From positions 160,001 through 224,000 of the forward strand of contig CAXXWX010000023.1 in NCBI GenBank assembly GCA_963675745.2: a DNA stretch of 64,000 nucleotides. The letters are read 5' to 3'. This stretch comes from Phycisphaerae bacterium (GTDB lineage Bacteria; Planctomycetota; Phycisphaerae; UBA1845; Fen-1342). Positions 54,695 through 64,000 of the stretch are shown in pieces. A program made the translations under genes and the position numbers. Each line of letters opens with the position of its first letter. The first letter of the stretch is position 1. The notes under the pieces were generated by a model. That model saw only the letters and a list, made by a program, of their open reading frames with translations, did not search any database and was not told the origin of the DNA.

Positions 54695-56443
54695 TTACCC
54701 CGCATAGAGATCATCCACGGGCCGGGGCTTGCGGCCGATGAGGAGCACGATCGCGACCAGCACCGCGCTACCGGCCAGCAACCCGCCCCAGGCGGGCACG
54801 TCGGCGTAGCGGCACAGGAGGTCGCCACACAGCGTGGATACGACGGCCACAACAACCGCGTAGGGCATCTGCGTCCAGACGTGCAACTCGTGTCTACAGC
54901 CGCTGGCCAGCGATGAAAGTACGGTGGTGTCGCTGATGGGTGAACAGTGGTCGCCGAAAACCGCCCCGCTGAGCACGGCGCCGACGGACGCGTAGAAGAG
55001 TGGGAGGCCCTGTTCGGCGGGCAGGTCGGCGACCATGCCCGCCGCGATGATCACCGTGGCCGGGCAGAGTATGCCCATCGTGCCCCACGAAGTGCCCGTG
55101 GCAAACGAGACCACGCACGCGGCGGCGAAGATCAGCAACGGCAGCCAACGGATGTCGAACGCCGAGTGCTCAAGCAGTGATTTGACGACCTCGCCAAGCT
55201 GTAGGGCCTGGATCGACGACGAAAGCGTCCAGGCCAACACCAGCACGACCATCGTGGGAAACATGCGCGCCATCGAGGCCAGCGCACTGTCGACGGTTTT
55301 GGCGAGGGTCAATGCGCGCGTGCCAAGCGAGATGAAGGTCGCGAGCAGAAGCGCCGCGAACGCGCCGTAGAGAATCGAGTCGTACGATTCGGCGTTGGTT
55401 ATGACCTCCTGGATCAGCTTGGTGCCCTGGGGCACAGCGCCGGCCGCCTGGACTTTGTTCCAGCCGGTGATCACCAGCATGGCGAGTGTGACCAGCAAGA
55501 GTACGAGCACGGGCACGCCCGCGTACCACGCGCGCCCGGTTGCGGCCGCGTCCGGTTCGTTAGAACTGTCATCGGCGCCGCTCAGGTCGCGTTCGGCCTT
55601 GCGCATCGGCCCGAAATCGCGGTCAAACAGGCCGATCAGCAGCACCATCACCAGGGCCAGGATCGGATAAAACCGGTACGGGATGCTGTTGAGAAAGACG
55701 CTGTATGCGACGACATCAGTGAGGCAGCCGGGGCGCTCAACCAGGTCGCGCAGCCCGTCGTCGATGTATCCGACTTCGGCACCGACCCAGGTTCCGACCA
55801 GCGCGATCGACGATACCGGGGCGGCGGTCGAGTCCACGAGATAGGCGAGTTTCGCCCGGCTGATCTTCAATCGGTCGCACACGGGGCGCATCGCCGGGCC
55901 GACGATCATCGCGTTGGCGTAGTCGTCGAAGAACACCAGCAGGCCGGCGATCCATGTTGCCACCTGGCCGCGACGGCGATTGGACGCCCAGCGGGCGACG
56001 GCGCTGACGATCGCCAACGTGCCACCGTTGGCGGCGATGATGCCGATCATACCGCCGATCATCAGCGTGAAGACGATCACCTTTGCGTGGCCCAGGTCGC
56101 TCAACGCGCCAAGCAGGAAGCGTTCCAGGGCGAGCGATAGGCCGCTGAAAAAGACGCCGATGGTCAATCCGCCCGCGGCATGGCCGGCGAGCATGAAAGA
56201 TGCGATGAGAATGCCGACCGCCAGGGCCGGGATCACCTGTTGCCATAGAATCGCCAGCGCGATCGTGATCAGCGGCGGCAGCAGCACCCAGGCTCCGAAG
56301 AAATCCGCCGGTGCGACGGTGGTAGTGGCGGCCTGCGTGCTTGGCGCTGAGGTGGTTGCCGGGGCGGCATCCTGGCCGATGGCGTGTTGCACAGCCAGCG
56401 CGCTGATGATCAGGAGCACGGCGATGAACAGCCACGAGCGCAT
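54695..56443 (-). CDS. Na+/H+ antiporter NhaC family protein
   Basis: FFDDYAN, KLAYLVDSTAAP, FATGTSWGT, GAVFGDHCSPISDTT, HVWTQMPYA. Confidence 0.92.
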   Translation of the reverse strand: MRSWLFIAVLLIISALAVQHAIGQDAAPATTSAPSTQAATTTVAPADFFGAWVLLPPLITIALAILWQQVIPALAVGILIASFMLAGHAAGGLTIGVFFSGLSLALERFLLGALSDLGHAKVIVFTLMIGGMIGIIAANGGTLAIVSAVARWASNRRRGQVATWIAGLLVFFDDYANAMIVGPAMRPVCDRLKISRAKLAYLVDSTAAPVSSIALVGTWVGAEVGYIDDGLRDLVERPGCLTDVVAYSVFLNSIPYRFYPILALVMVLLIGLFDRDFGPMRKAERDLSGADDSSNEPDAAATGRAWYAGVPVLVLLLVTLAMLVITGWNKVQAAGAVPQGTKLIQEVITNAESYDSILYGAFAALLLATFISLGTRALTLAKTVDSALASMARMFPTMVVLVLAWTLSSSIQALQLGEVVKSLLEHSAFDIRWLPLLIFAAACVVSFATGTSWGTMGILCPATVIIAAGMVADLPAEQGLPLFYASVGAVLSGAVFGDHCSPISDTTVLSSLASGCRHELHVWTQMPYAVVVAVVSTLCGDLLCRYADVPAWGGLLAGSAVLVAIVLLIGRKPRPVDDLYAG

Positions 56444-56607
56444 GCCCGCGCGATGTTCGAGCGTGCCGGTACCACATGATCGTGCAGAGAGCCGCGCCAT
56501 GACAGCGGCACCGTAGCGACGACATCCGCGTGCGTCAAACGCGCCGGGTGTGGCGGTGGCCGCCTGAGCGAATACGATATGCGGGGGCTGGTGCCGCCGA
56601 CACCGCG

Positions 56608-59265
56608 ATGGGAGCTGCAACCGTGGTCAACTGGCTGCTGCGGATGGTCATGAAGCTGCTGCTGGCCCTGCGCTATCGCGTTCGCGTGCGGGGACTGGAG
56701 CGTGTGGCGCGGCGGGGCCGGCGGGGGATTCTGTTTCTGCCGAACCACCCGGCGCTGATCGACCCGTTGATCGTCGTGACATACCTGCACGAGTTGTTCG
56801 CCCCACGGGCGCTCGCCGACCAGGACCAGATCGACCGCCCGATCATCCGCCGACTGGCACGCCGCATCGGCATCATCAAGCTGCCTGACGTCAAGATGTA
56901 CGGTTCGTCCGCCGTCAGCGAGGTGGAAGCCGCGCGCCGTGCCTTCATCAGCGCCCTGGCGGCCGGCGAGAACATGTTGCTTTATCCATCGGGGCACATC
57001 TACCGCACGCGGCATGAAGATCTGCGCGGCAACAGCGCGGTCGAGGAAATCCTGCGAGCTGTGCCCGATGTGCGCATCGTGCTGATTCGTACGCGCGGGC
57101 TGTGGGGCAGCCGCCTGAGCCTGGCGGCCGGCGAGTATCCGAATATGGGGCGACTGCTGGGCCCGGCGTTGTTCAACCTGTTGCGCAGCTACATCCTTCT
57201 CAGCCCGCGGCGCTCGGTGACGATCGAACTCCATGAGCCGGATGACCTGCCGCGCCAGGCCGATCGCCATACGCTCAATGCCTGCCTCGAGCGCTTCTAT
57301 AACGAAGAAGCGCCGCCCGCGCTGCGCGTTTCCGACGTGTTCGGCGAGGCGCCGCGCTGCCGCGAAATGCCGGAACCCCAGTGGGGGCGGCGCGGCGGGG
57401 CCGACGATGTGCCGGAGACCACACGCCGAATCGTGATTGACCATCTGCGCGAGCTGACCGGCGCCGAGACGATTCGCGACGAAGACCGGCTGGCACAGGA
57501 TCTGAATCTCGACAGCCTGGCGCGCACCGAGCTGTTGCTGTGGATCGCGAGCGAGTTCGGTCATGCCGACCAGGACGGTGACGCGATCGCCACCGTTGGT
57601 GAGTTGATGCTGGCGGCGCGCGGCGAGGCGATCGTGACGCGCCCGACGGCATTGCGCGCGCCGCCCGCCGGCTGGTTTCGTGAACGTGGGCGCGAGGTTG
57701 CAGGCGTGCCGGACGGGGAGACGATCGCCGAGGTGTTCCTCGCGGCGGCGCGCCGGCACCCCGGACACGTGATTGTCGCCGACCAGATGCGTGGCGGGCT
57801 GACCTATCGCAAGATGATCACGGGCATACTGGCGCTAAAGCCGGCCATCGAGCGTCTGGCCGGCGAGCACGTCGGGATCATGCTCCCGGCGTCGGTTGGG
57901 GCCAGTGTGGTGTACTTCGCCACGGTGTTTGCCGGTAAGACGCCGCTGATGGTCAATTGGACCACCGGGGCGCGTAACACGCTGCACACGTTTGAGCTGG
58001 CCGGCGTCAGGCACGTGCTGACATCCGCCGCCCTGGTTGCGCGGCTGGAATCACAGGGGACTGACCTCAGCGGGATCAAAGACCGGCTGGTCATGCTGGA
58101 GGAGGTTGGAGCGCGTCTGCCGGCGTGGCGCAAGCTGGGGGCTCTGCTGCGCTCGTATGTGAGCTGGGCGCCGCTGGCACGCGCCCGGGTTGCCAGGCAC
58201 GCGGCCGTGCTGGTGACGAGCGGTTCGGAGAATCTGCCAAAGGCCGTTCCGCTGACGCACGCCAACCTGCTCACCAACATCCGCGACACGGTGAGCATCG
58301 CCGAACTGCGCGGTGATGATCGGCTGATCGCGTTCTTGCCGCCGTTCCATTCGTTCGGGCTGACGATGACGGTGATACTGCCGCCATTAATCGGGCTGCG
58401 TACGGTCTATCATGCGAACCCGACCGAGGCGTTGATGCTGGCGCGACTGGTCGAGACGTATAAGGCGACGCTGCTGCTCGGCACGCCGACATTTCTGAGC
58501 GGGATTCTGCGCGCGACTACGGGGCCGGCCGCGCTGGCGTCGCTGCGTCTGGCGGTCACGGGTGCGGAGAAGTGTCCGGAGCACGTTTATGACGCGTTGG
58601 CCGAGCGCTGCCCGCGGGCAACGGTGCTGGAGGGATACGGGATTACCGAGTGTTCGCCGATTGTCTCGGTTAACCGGCCGGGCGACGCGCGGCGTGGCAC
58701 GATCGGGCGCGTGCTGCCGTCGGTGGAGCACGCGATCGTGGACGCCGATAGCGGTTTGCCGGTGAAGCCCGGCGAGCGCGGGATGTTGCTGGTGCGCGGG
58801 CCGAGCGTGTTCTCGGGATATCTCGGCGACGACGTTGCGTCGCCGTTCGTCGAGCACGCCGGCCGGGAGTGGTATCGCACGGGCGATCTGGTCAGCGCTG
58901 ATGAAGATGGCGTGCTGACATTCCGCGGGCGGTTGAAGCGTTTTGTCAAGCTCGGCGGCGAGATGGTCTCGCTGCCGGCGATCGAAAACGCCCTGCTGCC
59001 ACACTTCGCGAGCTCTGATGACGATGGCCCGTCGATCGCGGTCGAAGCCACACCCAACGAAGATCGTCCCGAAGTCGTCCTGTTTGCAACCCAATCGGCG
59101 GATCGGCGAACTATCAATCAACACATTCGCGAGGCGGGGCTCTCGGCGCTACACAACATAAGCCGCGTAATCACGGTCCCGGAAATTCCGCTGCTGGGCA
59201 ACGGCAAGACAGACTATCGCGCACTGCGCGACCAACTCGGCGCCGGCGGTCCGTTGGCGCATTGA
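56608..59265 (+). CDS. Aas-like PlsC acyltransferase - acyl carrier - AMP-dependent ligase fusion
   Basis: PNHPALID, LYPSG, ACP motif DLNLDSL, TSGSENLPK, EGYGITE, WYRTGD, GRLKRF, PLLGNGK. Start uncertain. Confidence 0.88.
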   Translation: MGAATVVNWLLRMVMKLLLALRYRVRVRGLERVARRGRRGILFLPNHPALIDPLIVVTYLHELFAPRALADQDQIDRPIIRRLARRIGIIKLPDVKMYGSSAVSEVEAARRAFISALAAGENMLLYPSGHIYRTRHEDLRGNSAVEEILRAVPDVRIVLIRTRGLWGSRLSLAAGEYPNMGRLLGPALFNLLRSYILLSPRRSVTIELHEPDDLPRQADRHTLNACLERFYNEEAPPALRVSDVFGEAPRCREMPEPQWGRRGGADDVPETTRRIVIDHLRELTGAETIRDEDRLAQDLNLDSLARTELLLWIASEFGHADQDGDAIATVGELMLAARGEAIVTRPTALRAPPAGWFRERGREVAGVPDGETIAEVFLAAARRHPGHVIVADQMRGGLTYRKMITGILALKPAIERLAGEHVGIMLPASVGASVVYFATVFAGKTPLMVNWTTGARNTLHTFELAGVRHVLTSAALVARLESQGTDLSGIKDRLVMLEEVGARLPAWRKLGALLRSYVSWAPLARARVARHAAVLVTSGSENLPKAVPLTHANLLTNIRDTVSIAELRGDDRLIAFLPPFHSFGLTMTVILPPLIGLRTVYHANPTEALMLARLVETYKATLLLGTPTFLSGILRATTGPAALASLRLAVTGAEKCPEHVYDALAERCPRATVLEGYGITECSPIVSVNRPGDARRGTIGRVLPSVEHAIVDADSGLPVKPGERGMLLVRGPSVFSGYLGDDVASPFVEHAGREWYRTGDLVSADEDGVLTFRGRLKRFVKLGGEMVSLPAIENALLPHFASSDDDGPSIAVEATPNEDRPEVVLFATQSADRRTINQHIREAGLSALHNISRVITVPEIPLLGNGKTDYRALRDQLGAGGPLAH

Positions 59266-59350
59266 CGACTGTGAATCCACGGCGGGTGCGGGTTGGCGGT
59301 TGGCGGCGGTCTTATCTAAACTGTGTGGTTTCCCCCGTGGAGAAACTTGC

Positions 59351-62053
59351 ATGAGCGTGCAGAATCTGGATGCCGTATTCAAACCGTCCGCCGTTGCGGT
59401 CATCGGAGCGTCAAACGCGCCGCTGAGCCTGGGCGGCGTGATCATGCGCAACCTGCTGAAGTCGGGGTTCACCGGGCCGATCATGCCGGTGAACCCGAAG
59501 TACGACGCGGTTGCCGGCGTGCTCACGTACCCCGACGTGGCCAGCCTGCCGGTGACGCCGGAACTGGCGGTGATCTGCACGCCGCCACAAACCGTGCCGG
59601 GCATCATCGAGCAGTTGGGCGAGCGCGGCGTCAAGGGGGCGGCGGTCATTACGGCGGGGCTCGCCAGTCTTGATCACGGCGGCGGCAAATCGGTGCAACA
59701 GGCGATGCTTGACGCGGCGCGCCCCCACCGGCTGCGCATCCTGGGGCCAAACTGCGTCGGCCTGCTGGTGCCCGGAATCGGGCTGAACGCCACGTTCGCG
59801 CACGCCTCGGCGTCGCACGCCACACTCGAAACCGGATCGATCGCGTTCGTGTCTCAGTCGGGCGGGTTCTGTACGGCGACGCTGGATTGGGCGCGCGACC
59901 GGGGCATCGGCTTTTCGCACTTCATATCGCTGGGCGACAGTGCCGACATCGACTTCGGCGACGTGCTGGACTATCTGGGCAGTTCCGCGGAAACGAACGC
60001 GATTCTGTTATACATGGAATCGATCGGCGCTGACGAGGCACGCAAATTCATGTCGGCGGCCCGCGCCGCCGCCCGCAACAAGCCCGTGCTGGCCATCAAG
60101 TCCGGGCGAAACCCGGAGGGTGCCCGCGCCGCGGCGTCGCACACGGGGGCCCTGGCCGGAGCGGATAACGTCTATGCGGCGGCGCTGCGCCGCGCCGGTA
60201 TGCTGCGGGTGTTCACGCTTGATGAGCTGTTTGACGCGGTCGAGACGTTGGCGCGTTCGCGGCCGCTGAAAGGCGAGCGCCTGGCGATCCTGACGAACGG
60301 CGGCGGACCGGGGGTGATTGCGACCGATGCGTTGATCGCCGACGGCGGCACGCTGGCGGAGTTTTCCGCCGACACCATGCGCCGGCTTGACGAACTGCTG
60401 CCGCCCACCTGGTCGAAGGGCAATCCGGTCGACATGATCGGCGACGCCGACGCGCAGCGCTACGTGAAGGCGATGCGAATCATCCGCGAAGACCCCGGCG
60501 TTGACGCGCTGCTGGTCATGAACGTGCCCAGCGCGATCGCGCCGCCGGTGCTCACGGCGCAGGGCGTGGTTGATGCGATCAAGGAGACCGATCTGCCGGT
60601 GCTCACGAGTTGGATCGGCGGCGAGGAGGCCACGCGCGCGCGGCGCGTGTTCTCCGAGCACGAGATTGCGACGTATGACACACCCGAGAGCGCGATCCGG
60701 GCGTACATGCACATGGTTCGCTACCGCCGAAATCAGGAGATCCTCACGCAGACGCCGCGGTCGGCACCGACGGATTTCGCGGTATCGCCCGGCGCCGCGC
60801 GCGCGGTCATCGAGCCCATGCTGGCCGATCGGGACTTATTGACCGAGCACGAAGCCAAGCAGGTGCTGGCCGCGTACGGAATCCCGGTTGTCGAGACGCG
60901 TGTCGCGACCGACCCGGGGCAAGCCGCGGAACTGGCCGACGAGATTCAGTATCCGGTCGCGCTGAAGGTGTTGTCGCCCGATATCACGCACAAGTCCGAC
61001 GTGGGTGGGGTCGTGCTGGGGTTGAGCACGCCGGAGGAGGTGCGCGACGCCGCCGACAGCATGCTCGCCCGAATCCGCACGCGGTTTCCCAAGGCCGATG
61101 TGACGGGTTTCACGGTGCAGCGCATGGCGCGGCGGCCGCAGGCGCACGAGCTGATCATCGGCATGGCGACGGACTCAATATTCGGGCCGGTGATCCTGTT
61201 CGGGCGGGGCGGGACGGCGGTCGAAGTGATCGCCGACCGCGAGGTGGCCTTACCGCCGTTGAACATGAGCCTGGCGCGGCACCTGATTTCGCGCACGCGC
61301 GTCTTTCAACTGCTGAAGGGCTATCGTGATCGGCCGCCGGCCGACCTGGATGCGATCTGTCTGACTCTGATCAAGATCTCGCAGTTGATCATAGACCGCC
61401 CCGAGATTATCGAGCTTGATATCAACCCGCTGTTTGCCGACGAAAAGGGCGTGATTGCCGTTGATGCCCGTGTGCGCGTGGCGCCGATCATGTCGGCGAT
61501 GGCCCACGGCGCCAAGCGTCTCGCCATCCGTCCGTACCCGCACAATCTGGAAGAGACGCTGAAGCTGCCGGGAGGCCGCGAGATATTCGTGCGGCCGATC
61601 CGCCCCGAAGATCAGCCCTCACATCGGCGGTTCGTGGGCCGACTGACGCCCGAAGACCTGCGATTCCGTCTGTTGGGCGTGACGCGGGACATCCCCCCAT
61701 CGGAGATGGCGCGCCTCGTCCAGATCGACTACGATCGTGAGATGGCCTTCATCGCCACGGGGATCGGTGAGGGCGAGTCCGAGACACTTGCGGTGGTGCG
61801 TACGGTGGCGAACCCCGACAACACCCGAGCTGATTTCGCCCTGATGGTGCGCTCGGACCTCAAGCGTATCGGGCTGGGCACGGCCCTGATGGAGAAGATG
61901 ATCCGCTACTGTCGCGGCCGGAAGACGCGGGAGATCGTCGGTCAATTGCTGCCCGACAACACCGCAATGTTGCACCTGACCCGAAAGCTGGGCTTCAAAC
62001 AGAGAGAGCTGCCCGGCTCGGACCGTTATGAAGTTTGTCTGGAACTTGATTGA
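59351..62053 (+). CDS. pat: Acetate-CoA ligase (ADP-forming)-like / GNAT fusion, Pat (YfiQ)-type protein lysine acetyltransferase
   Basis: VAVIGAS, LGPNCVG, SQSG, ASHTGALAG, NPVD, HKSDVGGV (ATP-grasp), LDINPL, C-terminal RPIRPED..IDYDREMAF..GLGTAL. Confidence 0.88.
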   Translation: MSVQNLDAVFKPSAVAVIGASNAPLSLGGVIMRNLLKSGFTGPIMPVNPKYDAVAGVLTYPDVASLPVTPELAVICTPPQTVPGIIEQLGERGVKGAAVITAGLASLDHGGGKSVQQAMLDAARPHRLRILGPNCVGLLVPGIGLNATFAHASASHATLETGSIAFVSQSGGFCTATLDWARDRGIGFSHFISLGDSADIDFGDVLDYLGSSAETNAILLYMESIGADEARKFMSAARAAARNKPVLAIKSGRNPEGARAAASHTGALAGADNVYAAALRRAGMLRVFTLDELFDAVETLARSRPLKGERLAILTNGGGPGVIATDALIADGGTLAEFSADTMRRLDELLPPTWSKGNPVDMIGDADAQRYVKAMRIIREDPGVDALLVMNVPSAIAPPVLTAQGVVDAIKETDLPVLTSWIGGEEATRARRVFSEHEIATYDTPESAIRAYMHMVRYRRNQEILTQTPRSAPTDFAVSPGAARAVIEPMLADRDLLTEHEAKQVLAAYGIPVVETRVATDPGQAAELADEIQYPVALKVLSPDITHKSDVGGVVLGLSTPEEVRDAADSMLARIRTRFPKADVTGFTVQRMARRPQAHELIIGMATDSIFGPVILFGRGGTAVEVIADREVALPPLNMSLARHLISRTRVFQLLKGYRDRPPADLDAICLTLIKISQLIIDRPEIIELDINPLFADEKGVIAVDARVRVAPIMSAMAHGAKRLAIRPYPHNLEETLKLPGGREIFVRPIRPEDQPSHRRFVGRLTPEDLRFRLLGVTRDIPPSEMARLVQIDYDREMAFIATGIGEGESETLAVVRTVANPDNTRADFALMVRSDLKRIGLGTALMEKMIRYCRGRKTREIVGQLLPDNTAMLHLTRKLGFKQRELPGSDRYEVCLELD

Positions 62054-62077
62054 CCCCACAGCAAAGGTGGTTATGTG

Positions 62078-64000
62078 ATGTTCGACTTGTCGCGAAACCC
62101 GCTGAGAGCACGAAGCGCGGCGGTGATGGTCCTGGCTCTGTGCATGACGTTGTCGGCAGCTCTATGCGCCGCATCTGACGATGAGGCACCGGCGGAGGCT
62201 GAGGCACGCCTGCTTTCCAACATACGCCAACTCACGTTCGAAGGGCGTCGCGCCGGAGAGGGCTATTACAGCGCCGACGGCAAACAGATGGTTTTTCAGA
62301 GTGAACGTGAGCCCGGCAATCCGTTCTACCAGATATATCTGATGGACCTGGAGACCGGTGACATTCAGCGCGTCTCGCCGGGACAAGGCAAAACGACGTG
62401 TAGCTGGATTCACCCGAGCGGCAAGCGCGTGCTCTTCGCCTCGACCCACCTCGATCCGCAGGCAAAGGCCAAACAGGAACAGGAGCTCGAACTGCGCGCC
62501 TCCGGCAAGCAGCGCCGCTATTCGTGGAGCTATGACGAAGAATATGAAATCTTCGATTGTGAGGTGCCCGCGAAGGAGTACCGCAACCTGACCAACGCGC
62601 GCGGCTATGATGCCGAGGGCTCCTGGTCACCCGATGGCCGCTACATCGCGTTTGCCTCCAACCGCCACGGCTATACCGAGAAACTCGACCCGAAAGACGC
62701 CGAGCGTTTTGAGGTCGACCGGTCGCTCATGATGGAGATCTACATCATGGACGCCGACGGTGGCAATGTGCGGCGTCTGACTCACACCAAGGGCTATGAC
62801 GGCGGGCCGTTCTTCAGCCCGGATGGGAAGCGCATCTGCTGGCGTCGTTTTTCGGAAGACGGCGTGCGCGCCGAGATCTGGACGATGAACATCGACGGGT
62901 CCGACCAGCAGCAGTTGACCCACCTGGGAGCCATGTCATGGGCACCGTACTACCACCCCTCGGGTGAGTACCTGGTCTTCACCACGAACATCCACGGCTT
63001 CGCGAACTTCGAGCTGTACCTGGTCGACGCGGCCGGGCAACGCGAGCCGGTGCGCGCAACGTTTACCGATGGCTGGGATGGCCTGCCAGTGTTCTCACCT
63101 GACGGCAAACAGCTTGCGTGGAGCACGGCGCGCAGTGCGGACAAGTCGGCACAGATATTCCTGGCCGATTGGAATCACGCCGCCGCGCAGAGACTGTTGT
63201 CGAGTGCGGCGAAGCAGGTGATAGCCGACGCTCCAACCGACGAGGACCGGGCCGCCCCACCGCCGGTCGAGACCGAAGCCGGGATCAATGCCGCCGACCT
63301 GCGCAAGCACATCGAGTATCTCGCCTCTGACGAGCTTGACGGGCGCATGACCGGTACGCGCGGCGAGACGCTGGCCACCGCGTATGTGGCGTCGCTGTTT
63401 CGCAAGTACGGCCTCGAGCCCGCGGGCGACGACGGCACATATTTCCAGGCGTTTGAATTCACGTTCGGCCTGTCGTTGGGCGCTGACAACACGCTGTCGA
63501 TCTATGACCGCGAGGTACACAAGAAGACCGACCTAGAAGTTGATAGCGACTGGCGCCCGCTGTCATTCTCGAAGACTGGGGAAGTTGAATACGCCGGCGT
63601 CATGTTCGCCGGCTACGGCATCATCGCACCGCAGGGCGAGGAGTTTGACGCCTACGACTCGCTGGCTGACGCCGACGTCAAGGACAAGTGGGTGATGGTC
63701 CTCCGATTCATGCCTGAAGACATCACGCCCGAGCAACGCCAGCACCTGTCGCGTCATTCGAGCCTGCGTTACAAGGCCATGGTGCTGCGTGACCGGGGGG
63801 CGCACGGCATGATCGTCGTGTCCGGGCCGAACGCCCAGGTAAAGCAGGAGCTGATCGAGTTGACCGCCGATGCGTCGCTGGCCGGCACCAGCCTGCCGGC
63901 CATCTCGATCAGCAATGCCGCGGCCGATAAGCTGCTCGCCGCCGGCGGTAAGACGCTGAAGGCCCTGCAAGACGAGCTTGACGACGGGGCGCAAGTGCCG
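62078..64000 (+). CDS. Secreted PD40/TolB propeller + PA domain + M28 peptidase (partial, runs off right edge)
   Basis: Translated by hand: MFDLSR..signal peptide, RQLTFEGRRAGEGYYS, GYDAEGSWSPDG, GYDGGPFFSPDG, HIEYLASDELDGRMTG, FAGYGI. No stop before the edge. Confidence 0.9.
   Translation, partial: MFDLSRNPLRARSAAVMVLALCMTLSAALCAASDDEAPAEAEARLLSNIRQLTFEGRRAGEGYYSADGKQMVFQSEREPGNPFYQIYLMDLETGDIQRVSPGQGKTTCSWIHPSGKRVLFASTHLDPQAKAKQEQELELRASGKQRRYSWSYDEEYEIFDCEVPAKEYRNLTNARGYDAEGSWSPDGRYIAFASNRHGYTEKLDPKDAERFEVDRSLMMEIYIMDADGGNVRRLTHTKGYDGGPFFSPDGKRICWRRFSEDGVRAEIWTMNIDGSDQQQLTHLGAMSWAPYYHPSGEYLVFTTNIHGFANFELYLVDAAGQREPVRATFTDGWDGLPVFSPDGKQLAWSTARSADKSAQIFLADWNHAAAQRLLSSAAKQVIADAPTDEDRAAPPPVETEAGINAADLRKHIEYLASDELDGRMTGTRGETLATAYVASLFRKYGLEPAGDDGTYFQAFEFTFGLSLGADNTLSIYDREVHKKTDLEVDSDWRPLSFSKTGEVEYAGVMFAGYGIIAPQGEEFDAYDSLADADVKDKWVMVLRFMPEDITPEQRQHLSRHSSLRYKAMVLRDRGAHGMIVVSGPNAQVKQELIELTADASLAGTSLPAISISNAAADKLLAAGGKTLKALQDELDDGAQVP

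Overview
High-GC bacterial chromosomal window whose gene content (Cys-containing dockerin-like tails, DCNxNG repeats, ECF sigma plus Ser/Thr kinases, CxxCGYDLRG membrane protein, NPCBM/TPR/coiled-coil trio) points to a planctomycete, probably class Phycisphaerae; this is inferred, not tested. About 38 genes are supported. Two run off the window ends (1-2006 minus, 62078-64000 plus) and are absent from the ORF track. The left part holds a putative secreted alpha-glucan cluster: a GH57/GH119-like enzyme, a GH13 enzyme and a probably non-catalytic protein with starch-binding-like modules. It also holds a GT4, degP, lat, a 1449-aa surface protein and an ECF/kinase pair. The right part is mostly housekeeping and envelope genes: hpt, dsbD, TolB-like lipoprotein, xerC, ferritin, dnaG-rpoD, NhaC, an Aas-like PlsC-ACP-ligase, a Pat-type acetyltransferase and an M28 peptidase. 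Best candidates for new biology: (1) a near-invariant dockerin-like C-terminal tag on unrelated secreted proteins including two amylolytic enzymes (amylosome-like complex or a sorting signal); (2) strong Asp-Pro-Asn enrichment in two secreted proteins; (3) two pairs of shared promoter-like motifs, one ECF-like and one sigma28-like; (4) a GTAG-type REP/REPIN family; (5) Pat encoded next to a likely substrate. Two neighbouring genes at 52-55 kb are frameshifted. No rRNA, tRNA, CRISPR array or transposase was recognised. All calls come from reading the sequence; no searches were run.
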